From Antedon mediterranea (taxonomy: Eukaryota > Animalia > Echinodermata), in contig NC_092675.1 of assembly GCF_964355755.1 (NCBI RefSeq), positions 21,300,912-21,364,911 of the forward strand: a stretch of 64,000 bases of DNA, written 5' to 3'. The position numbers and the translations under genes are program-made. Of the stretch, positions 27,386 through 50,900 are shown in pieces (position 1 is the stretch's first letter; each line of letters starts with the position of its first letter). Below the pieces are notes generated by a model that was not told where the DNA came from, ran no database searches, and worked only from the letters and a program-made list of their open reading frames with translations.

Positions 27386-29547
27386 CATATTAATTTACTT
27401 ATTTATAGTTAAATGTATGTATTTTGAAAAAAATTAAAATTATAAACAAATTATATTTTACATGCTAGTTAAAGTCATGTATAATGAAATATTTTAAAGA
27501 AAACTGTTAATTATTAAAAATTCTATCAAGAAAGTTGGTTTCATTCAATTCATCGTTTTATAAAATAAATATTTTTAAACTATAATAATTAAGCCATGAA
27601 CTATTTTTGTTTAATTTTGTATTTTAATTAATTTATACATTTTACATATTTTATTAATAACAATTATTAATCTAAAATGTTTGTAATATTATCATTTATT
27701 TGTATATATTGTTATTATTATAATTATTATGCCTATATACATAATGAGTCAATTATGAATATCATAATACTAAATTGTACGAGACTGATAATAAAAACAA
27801 ACTCTGTGAAGCAAGCCATTACGACACTAATGTGAACTTTATTTATGTATCTGTATCAATACTATTTACAATATGTATACTTTTATCAAGGGTGTTGACA
27901 ATAAATTGACCAATAAAAATGAATCAAATAAAAACAATGAACTAATCAAAATACTAGTGATAAGTTATGTCAGAATAGCCTACGAAAAACAAGACTCATT
28001 TTGTTAATTAACATTCATATAGAGTAAATTATAAATATCAGTTTCATAAAATATTTTTTTTTGTTTATTTTAATTCAAATATTGATTTTAATTAATATAG
28101 TAATGTAGTATTAACTTTATAGTAATATTTTAGTTATAATTTTGTTCAAGTATCGGGTTGCTATTATTGTAATCATATATTTTAATTTAAATTATGGACA
28201 GATCCATTAGGCATTATGTATAAATAAATCTACTTATATATCAAATACCGTTTTGTACAATGTTTGTAAAACATTGACCAATTTTGTTTACTTTCCATCA
28301 TTTTTTTCCTGAATCATTACATTTTCATTGATGAAAAACATTGATATTGACAACCAATTCGATTTAAACATCTCATTTGGACACTATCACATAAAATTTT
28401 CGATCATCGGTGAAAAAAATGTTGTACTGTAAATTCTGTAATGGAATAGTCCAAGCAGGTGCAGTTATTGATATGGTAATTACGTGTGATTTGAATATGA
28501 GGAGTATTTCGTGTATTCCACTTGGAAATAGACAGACATGGATGATACCGGCGTGAGAGGATTGTTGATTTTACACATGTACTGTTTAGTAGTAGAGGTA
28601 AAAACAAACTATATATTTTGTATTTATTATGTAGGCCTCAAGTTTAGGATGAAAGAAAGGTAAATGATGGCTTTCGGGACAAATTGAGCTAAAAAATTGG
28701 ACATTGACCAGCTCTGGCAATACTTAGATGGCCGTAAATAATTAAAAAATTAATGAATACATGTGTACAGTATCGCTGTCGTCCATACCGGCCACCTGTC
28801 TAGCGTAAAATCGCGTATATTGCGCGTAAACGGCGTAATTGTTGCGTACTTGTTTCCCAGGCAGCCCTATAGTAATCAGTAAACATACATGGAGGATGCC
28901 TATGTTTTCCATCGCTTCCAGGACATCGACGTCGTGACAGACAGGATAGCATTGAAGTAGTATTGTCACTAGTTATTGTTTATTTTTTTAACATTTGGCA
29001 AAGTAAGTTGAACTTTTATTTATGTGGTATTCAGAGAAAATTAATTTTTTATTTTAAAAATATTTATTTCCTGCGCTTCAGAATATTAGACTGGAATTTA
29101 GACTGAAGATTAGACTTAATATTGAAGTTGCATATGCCACAGTGCAATGGCCGGGTATGACTTAACAAAACACATAGTTGCACTGAGGACAAAGAGAAGG
29201 GAAATATATTTCTTTTTATTTACTTATTGTTCTTTTTAAAATCCTGTATTACTTTTGTTGATGTTATTTTGTACATAATTTAGTTTAAGTTTCCTTGTAA
29301 ATAGGCCTATTATCAAATCTTGTTTTCTTCTTTCACGTTATTGTACTTAGTCTGAACGCACCTTCATCCAAGAAGTGTGCCACTTTTTCAAAAGTGTAGC
29401 TTCCAAATAAATTATTATTATTTATTGTATTGTAACGTATACATTCTATTTAGTTTTGCAAAAGTTTAACTATGAATGAAAAACCCACACTTTCTATAAA
29501 GTTGTTTTTGATCGAATATAGAAAACTATAAAGGGGTCATTAAGTAA

Positions 29548-32500
29548 CTAAACTATTTCGAACAAACCACAATTGGTTGCATTGTCATCGTACGGTGCAT
29601 TGGATCCATAATCAGTAATCGCAAAACAAAAATGTGTGTCGACTTTTTGTTGTATTTGGAAGGACGTGCAACCGGGTGTTGAAATACAGAATTTAAAACA
29701 ACGTAGGTTGCTTCTGGGGGCACAGCGAACACCGACAGCGAGTGTATTCAAGGCGTGTGACGTCAAACACTTCCTTTTCCCTGTTGGTGCAAACACAATT
29801 CTTGCACTGTACGGTCCTGTAATAAAAATTTTTTAAATTGTGTCATTTTTTAGTTAGAAATAGTAAGATGCTCATATTGGTTTATATTTCAATATATCGA
29901 TACCAATATATTTATTATTTGATTTGGTAAATCGATTATATAGAAATAATATTGATTACTTTAAATGGATTGTGAATTCTGCGTTACCTTCGTTGGTCAT
30001 TTGGGCTACCGTAGTCAAAATAGGTGTGGTCGGGATTACTGTTGTTGATTCTATAAAAATAAACAAATATTAGTAAGTTGTTGCCATTTAAAATGTGCTT
30101 TTTAACGACTAGATTGATCGATTGATTGACTGATACAGGTTATTGTAAGTAAGATCATTGATTGATGGTTATATCTATTGGTTGATGGATTGATTCATTG
30201 ACTGATACAGGTTATTGTAAGTGAGATTATTGATTAATGATTATATCTATTGGTTGATTGATTGATTCATTGATTGATACAGGTTATTGTAAGTAAGATT
30301 ATTGATTGATGATTATATCTATTGGTTGATTGATTGATTCATTGACTGATACAGGTTATTGTAAGTAAGATTATTGATTTATTATTATATCTATTGGTTG
30401 ATTTATTGACTGATTGACTAATACAGGTTATTGTAAGTAAGACTATTGATTGATGATTATATCTATTGGTTGGTTGATTGATTGATACAGGTTATTGTAA
30501 ATAAGATTATTGATTGATGCTTATATCTATTGGTTGGTTGATTCAGGTTATTGTAAGTAAGATTATTGATTGATGATTATATCTATTGGGTGATTGATTG
30601 ATTGACTGATACAGATTATTTTAAGTAAGATTATTGATTGATGATTATATATATTGGTTGGTTGATTGATTGATTGATTAACACAGGTTATTGTAAGTAG
30701 GATTATTGATTGATGATTATATATATTGGTTGGTTGATTGATTGATTGATTGACACAGGTTATTGTAAGTAAGATTATTGATTGATGATTATATATATTG
30801 GTTGGTTGATTGATTGATTGACACAGGTTATTGTAAGTAAGATTATTGATTGATGATTATATCTATTGGTTTGTTGATTGATTGATTGATACAGGTTATT
30901 GTAAGTAAGATTATTGATTGATAATTATATTTATTTGGTGATTGATTGATTGACTAATACAGGTTATTGTAAGTAAGATTATTGATTGATGATTATATCT
31001 ATTGGTTTGTTGATTGATTGATACAGGTTATTGTAAATAAGATTATTTATTGATGATTATATATATTGGTTGATTTATTGATACAGGTTATTGTAAGTAA
31101 GATTATTGATTGATGATTATATATATTGGTTGATTGATTAATTGACTGGTGGTCAATTGGCCTGATATATTTACATTTTGATTGTACATGAATTACCTTC
31201 GGTAGTTTGGTCAACCGTCGTCATCATAGTGGTCGAGATTTGTGTCGTTGATTCTATAAAAGTAAACGCAGTTACTTATTAGATTTAACTAACTCATTGA
31301 TTGATTGATTCATTGATTTACGAATATACATAGGCATACCTTTCGTCGTTTGATCTAACGTTGTCACAAAAGGAGTGGTTAGAGGAGCTGTCGTTGGTTC
31401 TATAGAAGATTCAATTCAAGTCAAAAAAACATTTATTTACGTCTAAAGACAAAAAGTAACAAAAATAATAATGACAAGAGAAAATTTAGAACCCAAAAGA
31501 TGAGAATCTTGTTGTCTTTACAATTAAATATAGATATTATGAAAAAACTAATAAAAATAAATTACATATATTAATTAAAAAGAAACATTAAAGACGAACT
31601 ATAACATAATTTATCTATTATTAACAATGGTTTTGATAAATTCCATTAATGTGATTTATATAGCTTCTTACAGTGTGATGTAAAACAAAATATACACAGC
31701 TTAACATTGAAGTCGGAATAAAGTATTTGGTTAAAAGGACAAAGCCTTCAGTTTTCAAAGAAACACTTCTAACTAACTTTATTAAAAAATCCAGTCCAAA
31801 AAATGGTATGTATACCTTCGGTTGTTTGTATCAACGTGGTTGATTCTTCTGTTGAGAATGTCAGGCCTATAATTAGATTGAAAGCTAACATCAACTAAAA
31901 TATTTATTAACGACAATTTGTATACGTTTCGACAAAAGGGTCATTTAAGAGTGTGTGACTATTTCCAAAACTTGAATGGGAGTACTTCATATCTTCTCCT
32001 ACATCTCATATAAGATGGACAAACACAATTGCTTACCCTATTAAGAAAATATTAAGAGAGACTTGAAGACCAATAATTATTTAAAAACAAGATGAAAATT
32101 TGTCTTCATACGGTGTAATGCGCGGTAGTGATTCTCAGTGCACATTATGATAATTATTTTTCCAGTCATCGACAAATCCGTCTCATTTGTATCAAACGTG
32201 GTGTACCAAAGAAGGTTAGGTTAAGATACCAGGCGTGACATGTGAACACATTAGATTTTGTATCACGATTATCATCATTATCAGTGTTATTATTATCATT
32301 GTTATTATTATTATATAATAGATCGTGCATATCGTGTATTAAAGTCAAACCTTTTTCACAAACATAGGCTCCAGCTGAAGTGGCACAATTTATATTACTC
32401 CAACGTCCATCACTACAGAAAAAGACTACACAGTAGAGTGCACCAGACGGGTCACCTGGTATCCACCCTAAAGGAATAACAATTTATAATAGCAATAATA

Positions 32501-35500
32501 AACATTAATATATATAATTAGAACCATTGTATGGGTGTCATGAAACATAAGATCATGAAAGCTAAGACCCCTAAAACCTAAGATCACAAAAGCTAAGACC
32601 CCCTAAGACCTAAGATCACAAAAATTAAGACCCAAAACCTAAGATTACAAATTCTAATTGTTTGATATATTTACTCCGTTGTGTTGGTTTCAAGGGGTAT
32701 TTCCCTTTCGCACCTGCATTATATTTTTACTTCAAAATAATTCTACTAACTTTATTCTGAATACCACACCTTAGAATTAGGCCTCATGAGTACTTTTATA
32801 AAAGAGATTCACATAAAAAGTAATAAATAAATATATATAAGTATTGTTTATAGATAAAAATTACAGACGTGTTTCTTTCGCATACTCAACTTTAAATATT
32901 TTAATTTTATGGAGCGCCAAAGGAGCAACAATAATAGAGGGCGTCTACATGAATGCATTTATTGGTGAAATGCACCTTTAATTTGTTCAATATATTTTGT
33001 CACTTTGTCAATAAAAATACTGTAATATGTTACTGCTGATACTTCTCTATTTTCAAAGAATATTAATCGATCTTAAAATCAGCATCACTACTTACCCTAG
33101 GCCTAGTCATAAGGGCGACCTATAGGGGATAGGAATAATTTGTCGATTTTATTTTTAAAGTTAACGAAACCGTGTAAATTATCAACAGTAACATTTTATT
33201 TGTATTGACAGTGACAAAATATATTGAATTAAACATGATTTTCACAAAAAAATTAGTTAAATAGATGGATTCCAGATACCTTGTAGCTCTATTAATGTTG
33301 TTTTTTTTTGCGTTCCATAGAAACAAAATATTGAAAATAGAGTAGGCCTATGCGAAATTCGCATGAAAAAAACGTCCGTAAAATCATCAATTTATTTAAA
33401 GAATGTATTGTTATTTTATTGATTTTTTTTTTATCTAATTATAAGGTGTGGTATTATTCAGGATAAAGTTAGTTAACAAATTTAGAGTTAAAATACATGG
33501 CAGGTGCGAGAGAGAATTATTGGTAATCTTAGGTCTTAGGTTTCATGATCTTAGGTCTTAGGAGGTCTTAACTTTCGTGATCTTATAGGTTTCGTGACAC
33601 CCCCATGGTAATCACTAAAGTTGTTTATTAAGTGATTAATATATTTTATAGTTTTACGAGTTATTAGTGGTCGGCACGCTGGTTTTAAACCAAATAGCTA
33701 TTTGAAGTTAAAAGAGCATTATTGCACAATACCATGTGTGAAGAGTTACTCTTCCCATCAATACTTACTTTCATAAACGTTTCCTTCACCACTCTCCCAT
33801 TTCCAAGTTCCTTCCACAGTGATGTCATTAAGGCCAATCCAAAATCCATAGCAACCTGGTAAGATAGTTTGCAGAAACGTATTTTCCCCTGCAGATGTTA
33901 TGGTTACAAGGTTGGCACCATGCGATTGACAGCTTGATTTTGCACTGGACCAAGTGCCACTTGCCAAAACATGTTTGTAACAGCTTCCAGCATAAGGAAC
34001 CCAAGGACTCGTACATCCACTTCCTGAAAAAAATAGGATTTGTAAAGGGTTTCGACAGACATTCCCATCCACCCGTCTCTCTTCTCCCAACTTGAACTAA
34101 TGTGATCAGCCATGCTTAAAATAACTTTTATTGACGTGTTCAGATCTCGGCCAACTGTCGTACGTAGTATTGTCTATCTCAATATCATAGTTTTTTGTTT
34201 TTGATTTGATATTGATTGAATTTATACTTCCAGTACGTGTCGGTATAAAGCATATTAATTAGCGCATTTGTTAACTTGTATACTGTAATGATAAACGTGG
34301 AGCGTAAACATGTTTACTTGCTGTGTAAATGATGATGATTATTATATTCGATATTTTTAATAAACTGAACTTGCAAAGACAATTTGGATCAATATCTTCC
34401 AAGGCTGACTAGACAACCAAGCTGGTAGGAATAACGTATGTTTAAACATCAATTATAACAAGCAGCTGTAATGACGTCAAAAGACCGAATGTAATGTCAC
34501 ATACACATCAATTACCTCGCTACCAAATACGGCTATACGGTACCATCTTCGAGACGTGATATGGCTGCGCGCATCCGGTTTGAAATTAAAAAATCCGGCT
34601 CTATAGCTTTGAGGACATGTCCCTGTAGTATATTTATGCTAAATCTCAGTACTACAACGAATAAAGGAGGAGTAGTACTTTATAAATCGTACTTTTTGCT
34701 CAATAGTGTCCAGATGGAGGAGGAGGAGAAGATGAGTGAGTCCTAGACTCGGGTACCCGAGTAATAAAAACGTTACAAGGAGTAATTAGCTTCTTCTATT
34801 TCAAACCAAAGTGTTTTATTGTTAGTCGATAAGCCTTGATCATTATTACTTTTATATGATTACGAAGGCCTAATGGTTGTGAAGTGCAATTCAACACTTT
34901 CCTGATGTTCAACGTTCAGTCTGTTTAAATCAGTGTATTGTAACTGCACGAAATTATAATATCCCAGCCATTTAATGTTTATAAGAGCGGAATCAAAAGA
35001 ATAGATTAATAAGTTGAAATATTGGACGTCAATTCATGTTTAACTCATTTTTCGTATGTAAACTTGTATACAGTAAATTTATTCGCCTCTCTCTTAATGC
35101 ATGATTCGCGCGAAGGCTACGCCCATGAAAAAAAATAAGGCGCGCGAGTCTATAAATATATGTAGAATCGAAGCTTCTTACAAATGAAAATAAATTATTT
35201 TGTTTTTTGGGGGTTATAGTTACGGGTAAATAACGGGCCCACAAACCCACCTTAACATACCAGAGTTTAATAGGATTTCTTTTTTAATAGATACGTTGAA
35301 CTTAAGAATAACGTATTTATTCCAATATTTGTATTGGGTCATCAAAAAGAAATTACTATTAAATAAAATTCATACAGAGTTGGTTGAGAAAGCTTTTATT
35401 ACAAAATAACAGCCTTAATACACGTTTCTCATGGCTACCGCTTACGTATTTTAGGCCTAAGCATATCTTAGTATTTTATTTTATCGATAGGTAGTTTACA

Positions 35501-35853
35501 GTCGCTCTCTTTCCGACACCGGTGTCCGATAAACTCATCATTTAGAAATGTTTAGCATACAGTAACGAATATGCAGCTAAAACAAATCGATAGTTAAATG
35601 TATTACTGTATAGGTTTACATCAAAGCCATTAAATGGTATACAATAATTACTGTTTAAGATGGCGGAGTAGCAAAAATAGTATTTATACAGTCCATCATT
35701 GGAATAAAAAAACAATCATTATTTTATTAGTTTGTAAACTGTGAGTCAATTATATTAGTAAAAATTAAAAAACTTACCTAACGTAAAATTGCCATGGAAA
35801 GAAATTAAAATGACTACGATTATTAATCGCTCAAACTTTGTTCTATCATGCAT
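29548..35853 (-). CDS. Secreted C-type lectin domain / Thr-rich stalk / PAN-apple-like protein, paralog A (~315 aa)
   Basis: Exons (minus) 35853-35778, 34023-33769, 32467-32351, 31866-31816, 31399-31340, 31253-31197, 30050-29988, 29816-29548. All junctions phase 1, 948 nt. Hydrophobic leader LIIVVILISFHG. CTLD with CTSPW..SCY..W..A..C..LV.I..E..FWIGL..W.W..DPS..C..WSN.C..YVCEK. Thr-rich stalk exons; Cys-rich C-terminal domain (RCFKFCISTPGCTSF). Confidence 0.85.
30115..31150. repeat. Intronic minisatellite, ~55-66-bp unit with (GATT)n
   Basis: Many copies of GATACAGGTTATTGTAAGTAAGATTATTGATTGATGATTATATCTATTGGTT. Confidence 0.95.
32533..33604. mobile_element. Non-autonomous TIR DNA element (~1.07 kb)
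   Basis: TIRs GGGTGTCATGAAAC / GTTTCGTGACACCC, with inverted sub-terminal CTAAGAYC repeats at both ends. Confidence 0.65.
34457..34764 (+). mobile_element. Non-autonomous Helentron/HINE-like element (family 1)
   Basis: Dispersed copy of 6107-6455 with terminal palindrome ACTCGGGTACCCGAGT. Confidence 0.6.
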
Positions 35854-36099
35854 GGCAGTATTTGCTGTAGATGATTACACCAGCTTTTCCAGTTATCCTT
35901 CTAACAACTAATTATGATTAAAACATTTAATGTTGGTAAGAGCATTTAAACGCAAAGGAGCATGGGACTGTTTATCTAAACATAAAAAAACACATTAAAT
36001 CATCATTTTGAAGTAGATACGTCTTCTCTTTGGCCGTACTTTCCATCCAAATCGATATTCTTGGTAAAACCGTAATATTATAAATAACATATGTTTTAA

Positions 36100-36420
36100 A
36101 GATATATTGTCCCCCTGAAAATTGAATTGAATATGTCATTTTAATGTAACATATTAAATATTTATCCACTTTTACAAAAAATTAGATCGAAAAAAAAATG
36201 TATTTACCTGAAAAAACTGTAATTTAAAGCAAAAAATTGTCAAATTGGCTACCAGCCAATGTGTTTTTGGTTGAATTTAATCATTTATTTTGTCATTTTA
36301 TAAGTGAAAACGTGATTTTTTATTCTACAGAAGTGATTAACTTTATTGAAACTACAAAATAACATATTCAAAGTCTGATTTAATTAATCTTCATTTTTCA
36401 TGTTTTTGGACAATACATCT
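36100..36420. mobile_element. Kolobok-like MITE
   Basis: TTAA on both sides, with TIRs AGATATATTGTCC / GGACAATACATCT. A partial copy starts at 22857 after TTAA. Confidence 0.7.
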
Positions 36421-37293
36421 TTAATTGTTCGTCCGTTAGACCCGCAAGCATTGGCGTTACGAATTATTGCGATCCCAGGGGGATATTAGGAACGCAAACG
36501 AGTGTGTTTTTTACTTTGATAGGCAACCACATTTATTCATCAATCATTAAAAAATTGCATCATTAACATATTATCAATACTTCACATAATTCTTCTTCGT
36601 GCTTTTGTAATTTTAACTAACATATAGAAAATAATAATATTACTTTTCTTATGGCTCGACATTAGCGAATTGTAGTTAGCTCATTTCTTACGTCACACCT
36701 TATTCATGTTTACTTTGTGACGTTTCATGAGGGGTCCCCTACTTATGTACGAAAAGAAATATTGCGCCCCGGCCCATTTCACCTAATAAAATATCGATTT
36801 GTTCTTTTTATATTTTTAAATAGTTAAAAAGAACCTAATTTTAAAATTGATTTGTTTATGTCTATTTCATATTATATTCCCTTTTCCATGTTAGATTCAA
36901 CTTGTATGTATATAACAATCAAAGTAAATTTGTGAAAATGAACGAAATCTAATTATCACAATACAGTATCTTAAAAAATGCCAATCTTAATTTATTACAA
37001 GATACATTTCCAGTATACAACATTTCAAGGTATATCAATTCTGTTTAAAACTATAATACAGTCTGCATGACACGATGATGATGAGGCGGGGGTGGTTGGC
37101 CGTCAAACTTTAAAACTTAATTGGTCTCCTCTCTGCACTTTATTTGTGCAGACAGGAGACGTATTCACATATAAACATATTTTTGTTCTAATTAGGCCTA
37201 TACGTGTTATAAGAAAGAAGAAGAAAAGAATGTTAAAAGAACACTTTAAAAAGACAATTGCACTCTATATTTAATTTTAAAATGCAAAACAAA

Positions 37294-46802
<9,509 letters not shown>

Positions 46803-47965
46803 CGTACATGTAGCCTGCTGTGCATTTGTGATTTCAAAATTACATAACGTAAGATTGTTTGTATAGATTCTTAAATACATCACCACTTGAGAAAGCAAAG
46901 GAGTATGGGATTGAATGACCAACATGACGTTATAATTAAACGTACATTATTAGTCATATGACTCTCTACAAGTAAAGTATTTTTCTCCTTTCAATCGTAA
47001 GTGTAATTTAATGTATTTGTGCTATATTTTTCTTGTTATCTACACACTTTGTTATTTCTTTGATTTTGTTTCAAGGTTAAAGACAATTACAACATAAAAA
47101 CTTGGAAGGCCAAGTTCTTAAATTAGTTATTTGTGTTTTTTTTACTTTCAATTTTACTTTATTGTTTTATTATGATTGTACCATTATGACTGTGTGTCAC
47201 TAAAACTGAGAAAACTTTACCAAATTTGTGTAGGCAAACTACTGTAAAATGTGTATACAACGTATTTTCCGCATTTTGCGGACATTTGTAAACTCGGCTA
47301 CACTAGCAAAGTTTTAAAAACGTTTCTTGACAAAATCATGAAAAGACGAGACTTTTCAACACAAGCATGCTTAAGTGTAGACCAGTTGACAAACTTGGGC
47401 AAACAAGTTTACAGATTTGAATTCTACAAGGCAAACGTAACCACTTTTCTCGATCAAATCCTGAGTTTGCAAACAAGTTTACTAGTGCAGACCAGATTTA
47501 AAAAAAATAGTTTACAAAGACTTGTAAACTCAAAGAACCAAATAGCATAATAATCGTGCATGTGACATGCACGTGTGGACAGAATTCTGTAGTTGTGCAA
47601 ACTCAGAGTTTGCAAATAAGGTTTGATAGAGTTTATCAGTGCAGACCAGACTTGTAAACTCAACGAAACAAATAACAGTAATAATTGTGCAGGTGGACAG
47701 AATTACTGTAGTTCTGCAAACTGAGAGTTTGCAAATAATGTTTGATCAAGTTTGCTAGTTTGTAGACTATATAGGTAAATCATCATTATCTGTATCGTTT
47801 ATCAGTGGGAACCCAATTTATAAACTGATTGCAGTGGACGTTGCACTCATTTGTAGTGTTAAGGTAAGATACTAGTAATCTATTTAATAATAATAGTAAG
47901 TATTATTAACGTGGTCATGAAAACAACACATCAAGTCACTGGTCTTGAAACAAAATTGTATCACA

Positions 47966-50900
47966 ATGAAGAAACTTTCAATTACAATATGCCTTCTTGT
48001 TTTATTGTTTTCAAGTAAGTGCGATTTTCAAGAAGTAAAATGTATTGTATCAATCGAAACAGTATGCCTATTATTTCGTGTTGTAATGATATGATTGTGT
48101 AACAACTTTGTCCACTGCTAATTAGGCTTACAAACAGAAAAGGGGTTGGGTGCTACATACACACAGTAGCATTTTTCTGTAACGTATCGCATATAGTTTA
48201 CAAAACACATTTAACCTATAGGCCTAACATATACCAGGTTATTTATTTTTATAATAAAGTATAATAAGTAAGTACTTTTATTTCATCTTAATATCTGATT
48301 GACCAATATCTGTTCTACATACAGGTTCCGTGATTATTGCTGAACCATTAGACATCTTAGAGATACATCAGGTAACATTTGATACAGCCGTGGTTCAATT
48401 TGTGTCGAATTTGGTATACGATGCAGAAATCTGGGCACAGACAACTGAATGCTATAAGGTAACAACGTCTGAGCTGTTTTGAACATCAACCTTTCGATTT
48501 ATATGCGGGCAGTGGTTCTAGATCATTGCGCGGTGTTTCATTGCGTGGTGTCTGTGATTGACCAGTTTGTGATTGACGGTTTGATCGTTGATGTCCAATC
48601 GGTCAACTATACTTTAGTTATATCAGGGAAGAGTAAAATTGCATTGTTGGTTATATGTTCTTAAACAATCAGATCATTTCAAGTCGTTGATTTTGTTATA
48701 CTTTTCTGTTTTGTTGCAGTGCAAGTCGCTATTTGTTTCGGATTTATTGTCAATGGAACATGTTGAATTACTTGTTGATACAAGGTATCCAATGCTATTC
48801 CAAGTTAAAGAAAAATACAACACAACTAGTAATACAAGGTAAACTTTTATTTTTTAAAGTTTTGTTTACTCCTCATTAACGTTAAAAAGCACCATTCAGG
48901 TCATACGTTTATTTACGCAGAAATAATAATTATACCCTTTCAGTGTTAGTTTTAGATATCATTTTGGTGAAAATGGAAAATACAACGTTTCAGTTGAAAT
49001 TGATGAGAAATATCAGTTTATTTTTGTTGTTGACGTTTTAAAGAAACCAGATTTTAGTGCTACACGTAAGTTTTGAAAATCGCACATTTCTTCTTTATTA
49101 TTTACAATACTAAATAACAAACTGTAATAGTGAGTAGTTTGTCAAATGATTAGGACCTAGCTTACAGGATAGGCTTAAATTTAATATTGTGTGTCAACAA
49201 GGTGTAAATAATCGAAATTGGAAAAGTTTACTGCGCACTTTTTCGAAATGAGCTCCTGTCGTTAGCGGTAACAACCCTACCTAAATGACCCTTGTTACTT
49301 GTTGGCTAGTGTCAGTATGCATATTGAAATTCTCAGGTTTACAGTAATTTATCTTATAACTTATATTTTCAGCAATCTTTGTAGCAATTGGAATATATGC
49401 TGGTCTCATATGCTTGTATATTGCATTAAAACAAGCTTCAAGGTAGGTGTAGTAATGCTTTTTACAAAATTATATCATTTTGTAAAATCCATAATTTCAA
49501 ATGTTTAATCAGAGAGACCCTGTTACCAAACAATAAACGTAGACGACCAAGTTGACCAATGACAAGCGACAGTTCAAATATTCCATCAATTGTGATTGAC
49601 CAAATCACTTACGTTACGCTTACGTCCTTGTCTCTAGTGGGAACCAAGTATTACCGCATATAGGCCTACCAATACAATAAGTTTTTCTATTTTCAGACAC
49701 AAGTGTGTAAATAAAGTATGTTGTTGTTGTGGATCAGATGTCCTAAACAACAATGTAAGTATACCATTCTAGAGTAACAGTAACATGTTGATGCAAAAAT
49801 TAGTTTATTATGTGCTGATACAATAATTAAGCTTTTGATAAAGAGGTCATTGTATATTATTGTCAGCAGAGACTATACGGTACCATATGTGGGATGACAA
49901 TTGCTGCAAAACCGAATAATGCATCCTGTTTGTACGTTGTCGCTTAAAATGATACCGCTCTTATAATTGTATCAGGTGATTTGTCCACTAATGACGTAAC
50001 TGGTTATCGTTACGTACATGCACCATCTCTTAGGTTACATTCACACCTACCTGTTTCTCCGTTTTATGGAACGGAACACTGCGAACACTAAACACAGTGC
50101 ATCTTTCGGAAGAGTAAAGGATTACCCCGGTGTCCGAGTGGTACTTATCCCCTGTGGTTGTGGACAGCAAGGGAGGGAGATGGAAGTTATTCTAGGTGTA
50201 GTATCCGGTCCACTGCGCTTTGAGAGAGGGTAATCTTATACAATACTTATCCATTATTCATTACACTCATGTCCAGCCATTTAATTCATTCAGTACAAAT
50301 AATCAACAACAATAATTACAAAATACATTTTAATTGAACAATTTAATATATGCAGGCAACGGTTTCGCTAGAACATCTCAAACAAGAACAAACTTCTCAG
50401 GCTGAACAAAGCAGCGCTAACAGTGGCAAGAAACCAAGGACGAAACGATTGAGATCATTGGACACATTCAGAGGGTAAAGACAATTTTGTTCTTGTGCGC
50501 CACGCATGTATGTTTTTTTGGGAGAATAAAACAGTAAAATATAAGAATTATTACTATTGTTTATCCTTAAATGATATGTTTTGTTTAGAGTGCCTTCGTT
50601 TCGGGACCGTAGACGAAGGAGACTGTACGTCCGTCTTCTACGTTGAGGTCTGCCACTCTTCCTATCGACTCATGTACACAACTGTGATTGTGATTTTTTT
50701 TTTTAATTTAACTATGAAGTTCTATGTTATATTATCTTTCATACACAAAGTGTCGTTGATTAATATTCTTGATTTAAACATGAATGGCGTTTCTTTTTTT
50801 TTATATAGTCTCTCATTAGTAATAATGATTTTTGTTAATTATGGTGGAGGACGATATTGGTATTTTGAACACAGCATATGGAATGGTTAGTTAATTTTGT

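Noticed and set aside
30115-31150. CRISPR-like or coding repeat array
   Set aside because: Eukaryotic intron with no unique spacers; variation is only (GATT)n slippage. The GTAAGT motifs are antisense to the host gene.
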